A stretch of DNA of 64,000 nucleotides from the IMG/VR virus record IMGVR_UViG_3300008110_010000, positions 1-64,000 of that record, one strand, 5' to 3'. Numbering within the stretch: position 1 is the stretch's first letter; the number at the start of each line of letters is the position of its first letter. Shown here one piece after another: positions 39,755-49,996 of this stretch. The notes beneath the pieces are model-generated. The model worked only from the letters and a program-made list of their open reading frames with translations, did no database searches and was not told the origin of the DNA. A program made the translations under genes and the position numbers.

Positions 39755-40666
39755 ATGGGACTTTATGATAACGATTATCAGGCTCTAAGACAAAAAGAGC
39801 GTGAAGAAGAAAAATTAAAACAACAATTAAAAATTAAAAAAATGATTAAAACAATCGGAGTTGCAGTTGCAGGATTTTTTCTGCTAGTATTTTTATTCAT
39901 GTCTTGCGAAAGAATTGATGCTGGACATGTTGGGGTGAAAGTTAATCTTTACGGAGACAATAAAGGGGTAGATGATGTTGTGGAAGTTACTGGGATGGTT
40001 TTTTATAATCCATTAACCCACAACATTTACGAATTTCCTACATACGTCCAGCACAAAGAATACGTTGGGGATAATTCATTTATAGTTAACTCTAAAGATG
40101 GTTCAGAATTTCACGTGAGCCCGATTATTAACTATTCAGTTAAAAGAGAGATGGTACCAAAGATTTTTTCTAAGTATAGAAGAAATCTAGAAAGTATCGA
40201 AGAAGGATTTTTGAAGACCGCAGTATTTGATGCCTTTAGATTAGCAACAAACGTATACACTGCAGATGAGTTAATAGGCAACAGACAGAAATTTGAAGTA
40301 GAGGTCAGAAGAATTCTCGAAGATCAACTAAATAAAGAGGGATTCTACATTCAGCAATTTACGTCAAACCTAGTTTATCCTGAAACATTCAAGAAAGCTA
40401 TCGAGGCAAAGAACAATGCTGTTCAATCAGCTTTAATGGCAGAAAATAAAGTTAAACAAGCTGAAGCAGAGGCTAAAATCAAAGTAGCTACTGCGGACGG
40501 TAACGCTCAAGCGATGTTAACATCAGCTAAAGCTGAAGCTGAAGCCAATAGACTGAAGCAGCAAACAATCACCCCGATGTTATTACAATTGGAATGGATT
40601 AATAAGTGGGACGGAAAGCTACCAGTATATGGACAAGCACCTATGCTTTATAAACCAGTACAATAA
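39755..40666 (+). CDS. SPFH/Band 7 (prohibitin-like) protein
   Basis: TM segment, IDAGHVGVKV, KAIEAK, Ala/Glu coiled coil, WINKWDGKLP. Confidence 0.85.
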   Translation: MGLYDNDYQALRQKEREEEKLKQQLKIKKMIKTIGVAVAGFFLLVFLFMSCERIDAGHVGVKVNLYGDNKGVDDVVEVTGMVFYNPLTHNIYEFPTYVQHKEYVGDNSFIVNSKDGSEFHVSPIINYSVKREMVPKIFSKYRRNLESIEEGFLKTAVFDAFRLATNVYTADELIGNRQKFEVEVRRILEDQLNKEGFYIQQFTSNLVYPETFKKAIEAKNNAVQSALMAENKVKQAEAEAKIKVATADGNAQAMLTSAKAEAEANRLKQQTITPMLLQLEWINKWDGKLPVYGQAPMLYKPVQ

Positions 40667-40680
40667 ACTAAAATAAAAAA

Positions 40681-41751
40681 ATGAGTATCGCCTTAACTTA
40701 TGATGACATCCAATTAGTTCCTGCTTACTCTGAAGTTGTTTCCAGGAGTACAATCAATCTTAACACTTTGGTGACACGAAGATACGGATTAATTAGACCC
40801 CTGGTGGCTTCCCCGATGGATACGGTGTGTGAACTTGACATGGCCTATAGAATTTTTCTATTCGGAGGAGTTGGATGTATCCATCGTTTCATGCCTATTG
40901 AAAATCAATCCCGGATGATTGAGATGCTAAGATATAAAATATATGGAGACGGATTTGGTGGTCCTTTCGAGGATTGGGGAATCATGTATGACGATTGGCA
41001 TTCTGAGATCAAGCAGATACCTATTATGGCAGCTGTTGGAGCTAATGGCGATTATTTGGATAGAGCAAAAAGTCTAATAAAGAATGGAGCAAATATCATC
41101 CTCATAGACGTAGCTCATGGACATCATAAAAATGTCAAAGATGCAATCGAATCTATAAAATCTATTAGTCCCGAAATTGATGTGATAGCAGGAAATATTG
41201 CAACACCAGAAGCTGCTCAAGATTTAGAATCGTGGGGAGCGGACGGATTAAGAGTTGGTATTGGAGGTGGATCCCTTTGTACAACTAGAGTTAAAACTGG
41301 ATTTGGTATTCCTAACGTAACTTGTATAGAAGAGATATCAAAAATTGCCACAGTTCCTGTTATGGCAGATGGAGGTATTCGAACTAGTGGAGATATTGCT
41401 AAGGCTTTAGCACTTGGGGCAAGCAGTGTGATGCTAGGATCATTGCTTGCAGGGACAGAAGAATCCCCTGGACAGATAGTTGAAAAATCAACGGGTCTAT
41501 ATAAAAGATACAGGGGTGCAGCATCATTAGAAACCAAAACGGTTCACGGACAAGCACAGAGAAATGTAGAGGGGGAATCTACAATTATTCCATATAAAGG
41601 AGGAGCTAAATTTGTTTTAGAGGGATTACTTGACGGGGTTAAATCTGCTCTTTCATATGCAGGTGCGGTTTGTTTGAAAACATATCACCCAAAATATGTT
41701 CAAATTACCAACGCTGGTATGAACGAAGCAAAGCCGCATCTGATAAATTAA
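40681..41751 (+). CDS. IMP dehydrogenase/GMP reductase family (no CBS domains)
   Basis: LTYDDIQLVP, ASPMDTV, DVAHGH, GIGGGSLCTTR, ADGGI, YRGAAS. Confidence 0.9.
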   Translation: MSIALTYDDIQLVPAYSEVVSRSTINLNTLVTRRYGLIRPLVASPMDTVCELDMAYRIFLFGGVGCIHRFMPIENQSRMIEMLRYKIYGDGFGGPFEDWGIMYDDWHSEIKQIPIMAAVGANGDYLDRAKSLIKNGANIILIDVAHGHHKNVKDAIESIKSISPEIDVIAGNIATPEAAQDLESWGADGLRVGIGGGSLCTTRVKTGFGIPNVTCIEEISKIATVPVMADGGIRTSGDIAKALALGASSVMLGSLLAGTEESPGQIVEKSTGLYKRYRGAASLETKTVHGQAQRNVEGESTIIPYKGGAKFVLEGLLDGVKSALSYAGAVCLKTYHPKYVQITNAGMNEAKPHLIN

Positions 41752-41801
41752 TTCGGTTCGCACGAAACAAACTTCTTAAAAGATATATAAATTTCATCAT
41801 T

Positions 41802-42183
41802 GGGGGTGTATTTGGCACTTGACAGACATTGGTAGTTCTTTGAGATGATGCAGGCCGAGTTAGTATTGGAAACTCGTTAATCACCTATGCAAACAATAAA
41901 CGACGTAGAATTATCTACAATGACCTTCGAAGACGCTATGTCTTTCGTTGGTGCTGATTACGCAATAGCTGCCTAATCCCTCCCGCACACATCGTGGGGC
42001 TTAAAATAGAATGTGAACCCAGGTGGAATATGACTGAACCCGAAATCGAGTCATCTGAATTTGGTAGTTTAATCAGCCAACTATAAACTACATATTTTGT
42101 TTGTAAAGAAAAACAAGCTAAGCCTGTGAATGAGTTTCTTTTAACAGATGGACTGGACACCGGTTCGATTCCGGTCACCTCCA
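41802..42183 (+). ncRNA. ssrA: tmRNA
   Basis: GGGGGTG/CACCTCC acceptor stem with G3-U70, T-arm GGTTCGATTCC, internal frame 41902-41976 ending YAIAA*. Confidence 0.92.
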
Positions 42184-42199
42184 CAAAAATTAATTTAAT

Positions 42200-42832
42200 A
42201 TGCAAGACAGAAAAGAATTCCCGTCGTTATTGAAATCGATGGGATTGACCAACAAGGGAGTTGAGGTTGGATCTTTTAAGGGTGACTTTGCTAAAGAAAT
42301 TCTTGAGCAGTGGCCAGGAATATTATATTTAGTGGATCCTTGGCGAGAAATGAAGGAAGAGGAGTATGACGATATTTCAAACATGAAACACCAGGGAAAA
42401 GTTTATGAAAAAACTTTTGAAAACCTAACAGGATTTGAAGAGCGAGCATTAATGATGAGAATGACATCAGATCAGGCTGCTGAATTATTTCCCGACAGGT
42501 CTTTGGATTTTGTTTATATTGACGCAAACCACACTTATGAGCATGTGAAAAATGATATCATGCTTTGGTATCCCAAAGTTAAAATAGGAGGAATTCTTGC
42601 AGGACATGATTTTTTAAAACTAGAATGCTTCAACAAAGAATCTTACGCTAATGGACAAAAGAACCACCCGATTTGGATGTGGTTAGATGGGGATTACAAT
42701 AATAGATTCTATGCTGGAATGTTTGGAGTGAATCCAGCAGTGGAAGAATTTTTGGAATATAATGGTTACGATCTTCATGTCACTAATGAGTTCACAGGAA
42801 CTTGGTGGATAGTCAAAAAAAGCAATCTATGA
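42200..42832 (+). CDS. Class I SAM-dependent methyltransferase
   Basis: VEVGSFKG, LVDPW, DFVYIDANH, LAGHD. Confidence 0.85.
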   Translation: MQDRKEFPSLLKSMGLTNKGVEVGSFKGDFAKEILEQWPGILYLVDPWREMKEEEYDDISNMKHQGKVYEKTFENLTGFEERALMMRMTSDQAAELFPDRSLDFVYIDANHTYEHVKNDIMLWYPKVKIGGILAGHDFLKLECFNKESYANGQKNHPIWMWLDGDYNNRFYAGMFGVNPAVEEFLEYNGYDLHVTNEFTGTWWIVKKSNL

Positions 42833-43770
42833 AAACCGCCTTTCTAAATCTCAGAAATCACAGGAAGGCTTATCTTATTTGTTCAGTTGGTCAAAGGTAT
42901 ATTGATATGGTTGAAGAACTGGTCCGCCAGTTAGACAAATATTCATCATTTCCTGTTTTTTTATACTATTCGGATGGCCAGGTTAATTTTGATTTTCCCA
43001 ATCTAATAAAACAGAAGTTTGAAATTGATTCCTCGATAAAGTATGAAATCGAAGGAATAAATCCAGAGAGTGTTAAAACACTAATGCTTACCACAGTTAA
43101 ACCCAGGGCTTGCAAGCTTTTATTGGAAAACTATGAGGTAGATGAATTTGTCTTTCTTGATTCCGATGTTTTGGTTACACCTGCTATAGATTCTGTTTTT
43201 CTAAACTATGGCGATTCTATTTCTAACTTTCCTATTTTTCTAAGATATTCATGGGACTGGGTAACCACCAACGGAAAGCAGCATGTTGCAGATATTATCT
43301 TAGAGAGAATTGGAATTTCTAGGGCTCCAACAGTAACCTCACTTTGTACCTGTCTTTTTATTGCAAACAGAAATTGTAAATCTTTCTTATCTGATTGGGA
43401 AAAATATTGTTCAGATCCTGAAATAATTAAGTTTGCTTTAAGTCCGGAGGGATACGGAGGATTTACCGATGAATCTGTTGCTAACGCAGTCGCTTGGCTT
43501 TATAGATGTAATATTTCCATTCCAACTAATCTTTGTTGGGCTTGGAAATATGAACCAGTGAAATATGTCTTTGATTTTTATGACGGGATAATTTCAGATC
43601 TAGAAAGACACACTTCACAGCCGACCCATTATAAATTGAGTGGAGAAAATGAAGTACCTTTTGGTCTTTCTGTTATTCCCGAAAGAAAAAATAATTTTTT
43701 AGGATTTCATTTCATCAAAGATCTAGAGACAATTAAAAAAGTTGCAGAAGAAATAGAAAAAAGGTTCTAA
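42829..43770 (+). CDS. Putative glycosyltransferase (DxD)
   Basis: FVFLDSD, TDES, FHFIK; start set at MKTAF. Confidence 0.6.
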   Translation: MKTAFLNLRNHRKAYLICSVGQRYIDMVEELVRQLDKYSSFPVFLYYSDGQVNFDFPNLIKQKFEIDSSIKYEIEGINPESVKTLMLTTVKPRACKLLLENYEVDEFVFLDSDVLVTPAIDSVFLNYGDSISNFPIFLRYSWDWVTTNGKQHVADIILERIGISRAPTVTSLCTCLFIANRNCKSFLSDWEKYCSDPEIIKFALSPEGYGGFTDESVANAVAWLYRCNISIPTNLCWAWKYEPVKYVFDFYDGIISDLERHTSQPTHYKLSGENEVPFGLSVIPERKNNFLGFHFIKDLETIKKVAEEIEKRF

Positions 43771-43847
43771 TTTCTGAAAATTTTTCTTTTTATCTTCTAT
43801 AATCTAAAACAAAAGGAATATATAAAAATTCCTAGATCTTTAAACAT

Positions 43848-43922
43848 TGCGGGGTAGAGCAGTGGTAGCTCGCTGGGCTCATAACCCAGAAGTCGTGGGT
43901 TCGAATCCCACCCCCGCTACCA
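43848..43922 (+). tRNA. tRNA-fMet (CAT)
   Basis: Cloverleaf, GGG/CCC anticodon stem, 1:72 mismatch, encoded CCA. Confidence 0.9.
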
Positions 43923-43932
43923 AAAAGAAGTT

Positions 43933-44040
43933 GGTAGCAAACTTGTGTATGATACGTTCCGGCTTCGATTGATAATCGAAGGTATCAAAAAGGAAGACGT
44001 CTCCGAGGTCTAATTCCCGCAAGTCCCTGCTACCTTTTTT
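43933..44040 (+). ncRNA. Candidate three-way-junction structured RNA, unassigned
   Basis: ggtagca/tgctacc, acttgtg/cgcaagt, gatac/gtatc, cttcgatt/aatcgaag, ggaa/ttcc, then a T tract. Confidence 0.5.
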
Positions 44041-44076
44041 ATTGTAACCATTTCGTTATTCAATCGTATAATATGC

Positions 44077-44850
44077 ATGAGCAAAAATTTGGTAATTTAT
44101 TTAAATGTCTTTGATGACATATCAAAGACAGCACAAAGTGTAGAATCGATTAGAAGAGCATGTCATCGATGGGGTGCTAATTTTTACGAGGTGACAAACG
44201 TTCAGTATCCAAATGCACCTTATCCCTTTCTCTGGGAAACCCTTGCAGCTTTTGAAGAGTTCAATCACTATGATAAAATTTTAAATTTGGATCATGATAT
44301 CATCATAAATTCTAATGCTCCAAACATATTTGAGGAATTAACAGATGAATATGATTTTTGTGCTGTTAGAGACGGGAATCCGGGAGGAAGATTTCCTCAT
44401 AATGATGGATTTCTAAGAGATTCTATTATAAAAACAATTAGTCACGATCAAAATTGCTTTGATCTTTTTCATAGTGTTTTAAAGAATTTTAATTATGAAA
44501 AATACTGGCAAAATTATTTTAATTTAGGTGTCTATCTATTTAACCCCAAAAAATACAATCGATTGATTAAAGAAATCAAGCAATTGGCTTTTGATGACAA
44601 AAGAGTTTATCAAATGCTTATGGGACAGGGATTTCCTTGGCACGCATTACAGAATTTTTTTAATGCTTACATATCTTCCTCCGATCTTAAAATTAAATTA
44701 ATTGACAATACTTGGAATTGGATTATGCCAGATATATCCGAGGAATATCACGATGATTTTTATCTGGGAAAAATGAAACCAAACATCTATCATTTCTGTG
44801 GAACCCCAACATCAAAGGAGGACCTTCCTTTTTATGACAGATGGAAATAA
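44077..44850 (+). CDS. GT8-like glycosyltransferase
   Basis: LNLDHDII, APNIF, YFNLGVYLFN, LQN..N, YHFCG. Confidence 0.7.
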   Translation: MSKNLVIYLNVFDDISKTAQSVESIRRACHRWGANFYEVTNVQYPNAPYPFLWETLAAFEEFNHYDKILNLDHDIIINSNAPNIFEELTDEYDFCAVRDGNPGGRFPHNDGFLRDSIIKTISHDQNCFDLFHSVLKNFNYEKYWQNYFNLGVYLFNPKKYNRLIKEIKQLAFDDKRVYQMLMGQGFPWHALQNFFNAYISSSDLKIKLIDNTWNWIMPDISEEYHDDFYLGKMKPNIYHFCGTPTSKEDLPFYDRWK

Positions 44851-44865
44851 TTAAAATGAATCGAT

Positions 44866-45513
44866 ATGGCAAATGGAGTATACAAAATTACAGAAGAATT
44901 TGAAAAATCACTCGAAAGCTATACAGGAGCTCCACATGTTGTAACTTTAGACAATCAGAGTAACGGACTTTTTCTTTCCCTATATTATGAAAATTACGTT
45001 AAAAAGAGCATAGAAAAAGGAAGTATAAAAATTCCAAGTCGAACTTATCCTTCAGTTCCTTGCGAGATTATTCATGCTGGCCTTAAAGTAGAGTTTGAGC
45101 ATGTGAAAGGTAAGACGATTAAAGGTGCATACCAACTAAAAGGGAGCAAGGTTTGGGATTCTGCATTGTGTTTTACCTATAATATGTATAAGAAAAATAC
45201 CCATATGTGCGTTTCTTTTACTGGACCATTTAAGCATTTTAAGTTGTCTAAAGGTGGAGCAATATTAACAGATGATCATGAAGCATATCTTTGGTTTAAA
45301 AGAGCTAGATATAGTGGCAGAAGAGAATGTTCTTATCATGACGATCACTTTGATATGCTGGGATGGAATTTTTATATGATGCCAGAATTAGCAGCAAGGG
45401 GTTTACTCATGATGGGACAATTTTATGATCCTACAACGGGAAAACCTAAAAACAATCCAGATCTGGAACTACCATATCCAGATTTATCAAAATTTGATAT
45501 TTATAAAAAATGA
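44866..45513 (+). CDS. DegT/DnrJ/EryC1/StrS-like aminotransferase (short)
   Basis: TYPSVP, WDSA, SFTGPFKH..GGAIL, GWNFYM; only 215 aa. Confidence 0.8.
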   Translation: MANGVYKITEEFEKSLESYTGAPHVVTLDNQSNGLFLSLYYENYVKKSIEKGSIKIPSRTYPSVPCEIIHAGLKVEFEHVKGKTIKGAYQLKGSKVWDSALCFTYNMYKKNTHMCVSFTGPFKHFKLSKGGAILTDDHEAYLWFKRARYSGRRECSYHDDHFDMLGWNFYMMPELAARGLLMMGQFYDPTTGKPKNNPDLELPYPDLSKFDIYKK

Positions 45514-47693
45514 GTAAAAAATTATCTATAATAATTCCCTCACTAAACAGGGAAAAATTACTTATAAGTTCTATCAATAGCATAGTAGAAATTTTTAATT
45601 CATTCAACTTTCAAGATTATGATGTACATGCTATAGTAAATGGGTCAAACAAAAATACAACAGAAAAAATTAGAGAGAATATTTTTTTACATCATCATGA
45701 AAAAAAATTGAATCCTGGAATAGCGAGAAATATAGGAATTGAAAAAAGCGACTCTGAGTGGATTTGGTTTATTGACGACGACGATGAAATAGTAGGTGAA
45801 AACATATCAAAAGTAATAGATTTTTTATACGACAAAAATGGTAATCATGGATTCGATTTAATAGCTCATTCTTTAAAAAATAAATACATTCCGGAAGATA
45901 ATAAGAGATCTCTATTGGAAAATGTTTGTTTTTTTAAAGAAAAACAGGAGGCATTCAATTACATTTTCAAAAGAGATTTAATAAAAAAGCATAATATATT
46001 ATTTTCCGACGGATTACACGAGGATATCAGATACGTAACAGAACTGATAATAAATTCCTCCATCATTAAAATATTTGATTTTTTCCTGTATAAAAAAATT
46101 AACCGGGATGATTCGATAACTAAAAATCTCAATCCATCTAGAATAGATGGATATTTACTAGCAATCAGCGAGATTCAATCACTAGATAGCGATGAAATTT
46201 CTTCGATGTCTAATGGAATAGTGACACAGTGTCTAGGAACTATCCTATATCTAATAAACAAATCCCAAAATAAGTTGGAGCTACTAGAATATCTGGACAG
46301 CAAATTCACATTTTATCTAAGATCAAAAATAACCGAAACGTATAGTGAAAAAGATACTAATTTCAAATACGCTGTTTCTCTTTACATTAATAAGAAAGAC
46401 AATCTAGTATTTCTTGAAAGATTAAACGAATGCTTTTCTAGCTATCTCTCTTGTAGAGATCTAAAAAACTCAATATTTCTTGGTCCGAAAGAAATAATAG
46501 GATGCTGTAAAAGATTCTTTTATAATGGTAAGATGAAGGGTGACATCGTTTTAATGTCGGAATCAATAGATGTTAATTTAGATTCTATACTTAAAAGAAA
46601 GGCTGAGGTTGAAGATGGGATAAATTCACAGACATATGAACCTTGTGAGGGGTGCCCTTATATAGAAAGATATAGTAGATTAGAAAATAAAAAAATAAAC
46701 TACATAAGCTTAGAAAATTTCACTTATTGCAACATGCGTTGTACTTATTGTTCTCCTAAATATTATGGGGGTAAAGAAGCAGTATACAACACTCATGATA
46801 TAATTAGTCAATTAATAGATGGTGAATATCTTGACGATAAAGTACACGTTGTTTGGGGAGGGGGAGAGCCAACATTACAAAGGGAATTTGGGGAAATAAC
46901 AGAGAAACTAATAAACATAGAAAATGTCTATAAGATAAGAGTTCTTACAAACAGTCTAAGATTTTCAAACGATCTTTATAACCTAGCATCGAATGATAAA
47001 ATAAGGATAGTTACTAGTATAGATGCAGGAACTCAAGATGTATTTAAAAATATCAGGGGAAAAGGAGAAATTTTAACAGTTTTAGAGAACCTAAAAAAAT
47101 ATACAGAGCAAACCAAGGATCCAGAGAATCTAACTTTAAAATACATTCTAACTGAACAAAACTATCATTCCAATCAGTTAGAACAATTTGTAAAAACTAT
47201 AAAAGAATTTGGATTTGAAAACAATTTTGTCCAAATAAGTTGTAATTTTTTATATGATCATCTGGGTGATGAGATAATATTTTCAATATACGAATTAGCA
47301 GCTAGACTATTAAATAATGGATTTAAGTTTGTTTATTTTGATGATTTAATCCGTGACAGATTAGCTATAAGTGAGGATATTGCGGATAAAGTAATCAATT
47401 ATTTGTCGGAAAAATACCTCTATCACGATGATATAATTTCTTATAAGAGTAATAAACGGGTAGTTCTTTGGGGAGATGGATACCAATCTAGATGGATAAA
47501 AAACAGCACAACCTTTGGAAAATCTAATAAAATAAGGGGAATCGTTTCCGATATAAATGGATTTAACAATTTGAATTTAAATGTGGGTTTTACAGTATCC
47601 CCTGCCGCAATCCAACAATTACCAGACATATTTAAGGAAATTAAGAAGGAAAAAGATGTCTATAATAAATTGAAATTCCACATATTTCTATAA
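45510..47693 (+). CDS. GT2 glycosyltransferase - radical SAM fusion
   Basis: SIIIPS..R, ARNIG, FIDDDD, HED; then CNMRCTYC and GGGEPTL. Confidence 0.8.
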   Translation: MSKKLSIIIPSLNREKLLISSINSIVEIFNSFNFQDYDVHAIVNGSNKNTTEKIRENIFLHHHEKKLNPGIARNIGIEKSDSEWIWFIDDDDEIVGENISKVIDFLYDKNGNHGFDLIAHSLKNKYIPEDNKRSLLENVCFFKEKQEAFNYIFKRDLIKKHNILFSDGLHEDIRYVTELIINSSIIKIFDFFLYKKINRDDSITKNLNPSRIDGYLLAISEIQSLDSDEISSMSNGIVTQCLGTILYLINKSQNKLELLEYLDSKFTFYLRSKITETYSEKDTNFKYAVSLYINKKDNLVFLERLNECFSSYLSCRDLKNSIFLGPKEIIGCCKRFFYNGKMKGDIVLMSESIDVNLDSILKRKAEVEDGINSQTYEPCEGCPYIERYSRLENKKINYISLENFTYCNMRCTYCSPKYYGGKEAVYNTHDIISQLIDGEYLDDKVHVVWGGGEPTLQREFGEITEKLINIENVYKIRVLTNSLRFSNDLYNLASNDKIRIVTSIDAGTQDVFKNIRGKGEILTVLENLKKYTEQTKDPENLTLKYILTEQNYHSNQLEQFVKTIKEFGFENNFVQISCNFLYDHLGDEIIFSIYELAARLLNNGFKFVYFDDLIRDRLAISEDIADKVINYLSEKYLYHDDIISYKSNKRVVLWGDGYQSRWIKNSTTFGKSNKIRGIVSDINGFNNLNLNVGFTVSPAAIQQLPDIFKEIKKEKDVYNKLKFHIFL

Positions 47694-47719
47694 TAGAATA
47701 TTTTTAAAGAGAATTATAA

Positions 47720-48820
47720 ATGAAAAATAAAAAATTAAAAGTTTCTGTCATAGGAGGGGGTATAAATTCTGCAGTGGGATACGCACACTATTCTGCTATT
47801 AAGCTTTCAAACAAGTTCGAGATAACCTGCGGAAATTTTAGCAGAAATTCAAAGACTAATAGGGAAAGCGCTGAAATATATGGAGTGAATAAAGTTTATA
47901 GCGACTATAGGACTATGCTGTTGGAAGAAAAAAATAATATAGATGCAGTTGTAATATTAACCCCTACGGATCAGCATTATGATCAGTTAGACCTTGCAAT
48001 AAGCTTAGGAATCCCTATTGTTTGTGAGAAATGCTTGATCGCTAATAATTTGGAATTAGAAAAACTGAAGGAGAAACAATCTAATAATTTCATAGCAGTT
48101 GTTTTCAATTATCTCTGTTATCCTATGTTGAAGGAATTAAAAAGCATAATTGATTCGGGTGGAATTGGAAAAATTTTACAGATTCAAATCGAGATGCCGC
48201 AAGAAGGATTTCTTAGGCACATGAACGGATTACCACTTAAACCACAAAAATGGAGATTAGTGGATGGAAGAGTTCCCACCCTTTCTCTTGATCTAGCAAC
48301 GCACACATATTCTATAGTAAGATTTTTAACATCACAAAATCCTTTAGAGGTTATTGCAGTCGAAAGTAGTTTTGGAAATTTTCCTGGAATAGTTGATGAT
48401 ATAAATTGCATAATTAAATACACGAATGATATAATTTGTAATATGTGGTATAGTAAAACCGCATTAGGGAATAGAAATGGATTAAGGGTTAGAATATTTG
48501 GGTCTGATGGAAGTGCAGAATGGTACCAATTAGAACCAGAAGTAATTCACATGTCAGATAAAAGTGGAAAGATATCTTTGCTAGATAGGGGATCTGAAGG
48601 ATTATTAACAGCTAATGAATTCAAATATAATAGATTCAAAGTTGGGCATCCTGTAGGATTTATTGAATCCCTCGCTAATTTTTATGAGGACGTCTATGAT
48701 GATTTTAAAAAAAGTCATGATGATCGCGTTACATATGGTCTAGAGCAATCAGAGGAGTGTATTAAACTGCTAGAGGCAATATCTAAGTCATCCGAAGAAA
48801 AATCTTGGCAATCCTTATGA
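47720..48820 (+). CDS. Gfo/Idh/MocA oxidoreductase
   Basis: VSVIGGG, LTPTDQH, VCEK, DLATH. Confidence 0.85.
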   Translation: MKNKKLKVSVIGGGINSAVGYAHYSAIKLSNKFEITCGNFSRNSKTNRESAEIYGVNKVYSDYRTMLLEEKNNIDAVVILTPTDQHYDQLDLAISLGIPIVCEKCLIANNLELEKLKEKQSNNFIAVVFNYLCYPMLKELKSIIDSGGIGKILQIQIEMPQEGFLRHMNGLPLKPQKWRLVDGRVPTLSLDLATHTYSIVRFLTSQNPLEVIAVESSFGNFPGIVDDINCIIKYTNDIICNMWYSKTALGNRNGLRVRIFGSDGSAEWYQLEPEVIHMSDKSGKISLLDRGSEGLLTANEFKYNRFKVGHPVGFIESLANFYEDVYDDFKKSHDDRVTYGLEQSEECIKLLEAISKSSEEKSWQSL

Positions 48821-49980
48821 AAAAAATTTTACTGCTCGATACTAACGTTTCATCGTTTCCTATTTATAATTTTTTGGTTAACGAGGGATATGAAGTTTAT
48901 GTTGCTGGATCAAAAGAAAATGATTGTCTGGCAAAATGCTCTACTAATTATATTTTTTTAGACTATTCCAGAATAGAAGAATTAAACAAAATAATTGAAG
49001 ATTATAAATTTGATTATATTGTTCCAGGGTGTAACGACATGTCTTATGCTTGTGTTACTAAAATAAATAAATCTAGAAAATTTCCTGGATTAGATCCGAC
49101 TGAAATTTGCGAAACTATTAATAATAAATCGATGTTTAGAGATTTTGCAATTTCGAATGGATTAAATGTTCCCAAGGTTTATTCTTTAAAAGATGCTTAT
49201 TGTGTTAATGTTCCACTAATAATAAAACCAGTTGATGCTTATAGCGGGAGAGGGATTTCTATAGTAAACGAACCAAACAAGATGTTACTAGATTTGGCTG
49301 TTGAAAATGCTATAAAATTTTCAAAAGACAAAAAATATGTAATAGAAGAATACAAAACAGGTCAGCTATACAGTCATTCTGCATTTATAGAAAACAAAAA
49401 GATAGTAAAAGATTTTATAGTTGTAGAAAATTGTACTGCCAATCCTTTTACTGTGGATTCTAGTTATGTTGTACATGATGACTTTCCTGTTAATTTGCTA
49501 GAATCAATAAGGAAAGATATAGAGATAATAGCAAAAATTTTAAAATTAGAGGATGGTCTTATTCATACGCAATTTATAAGGTCTGGAGATTCTTTTTATA
49601 TAATAGAGGTTACCAGAAGATGTCCGGGGGATTTGTATAGCTTGCTGATTGAAAAATCTACAAATTTTAAATATTCACAAAATTATGTTAGACCTTTTAT
49701 TGGGAAAAAAATAATACAATCCACATCAGAAGAAATTAAAAAATACATTTTTAGACACACTATATCTAGCGATGCAGACCTTTTTTCGATTGGAATTGAA
49801 TTTAAAAACGAATTGGATATAGATTTATACATTTCTCTTTCTGTTACTGGGGATGAAATGAAAAAATCACCATTCAGTAGATTTGGTCTGGTCTTCATTA
49901 AATGTAACGATCAGAAGGATCTTGAGAATAAATACGGCCTAGCTTTGAGGAGAGAACTATATTATTATAAGAGTATATAG
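48817..49980 (+). CDS. ATP-grasp domain protein
   Basis: NNKSMFR, IIKPVDAYSGRGI, IEEY, IIEVTRRCPG. Confidence 0.85.
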   Translation: MKKILLLDTNVSSFPIYNFLVNEGYEVYVAGSKENDCLAKCSTNYIFLDYSRIEELNKIIEDYKFDYIVPGCNDMSYACVTKINKSRKFPGLDPTEICETINNKSMFRDFAISNGLNVPKVYSLKDAYCVNVPLIIKPVDAYSGRGISIVNEPNKMLLDLAVENAIKFSKDKKYVIEEYKTGQLYSHSAFIENKKIVKDFIVVENCTANPFTVDSSYVVHDDFPVNLLESIRKDIEIIAKILKLEDGLIHTQFIRSGDSFYIIEVTRRCPGDLYSLLIEKSTNFKYSQNYVRPFIGKKIIQSTSEEIKKYIFRHTISSDADLFSIGIEFKNELDIDLYISLSVTGDEMKKSPFSRFGLVFIKCNDQKDLENKYGLALRRELYYYKSI

Positions 49981-49996
49981 AGATATTTTTATAGAA

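Noticed and set aside
41887-41956. Alternative tmRNA resume frame GCA AAC AAT (ANNKRRR...)
   Set aside because: Looks like a canonical start but ends FRWC*, lacking the Ala-rich degron; the YAIAA frame fits
41936-42205. Minus-strand 89-aa ORF
   Set aside because: Antisense to tmRNA
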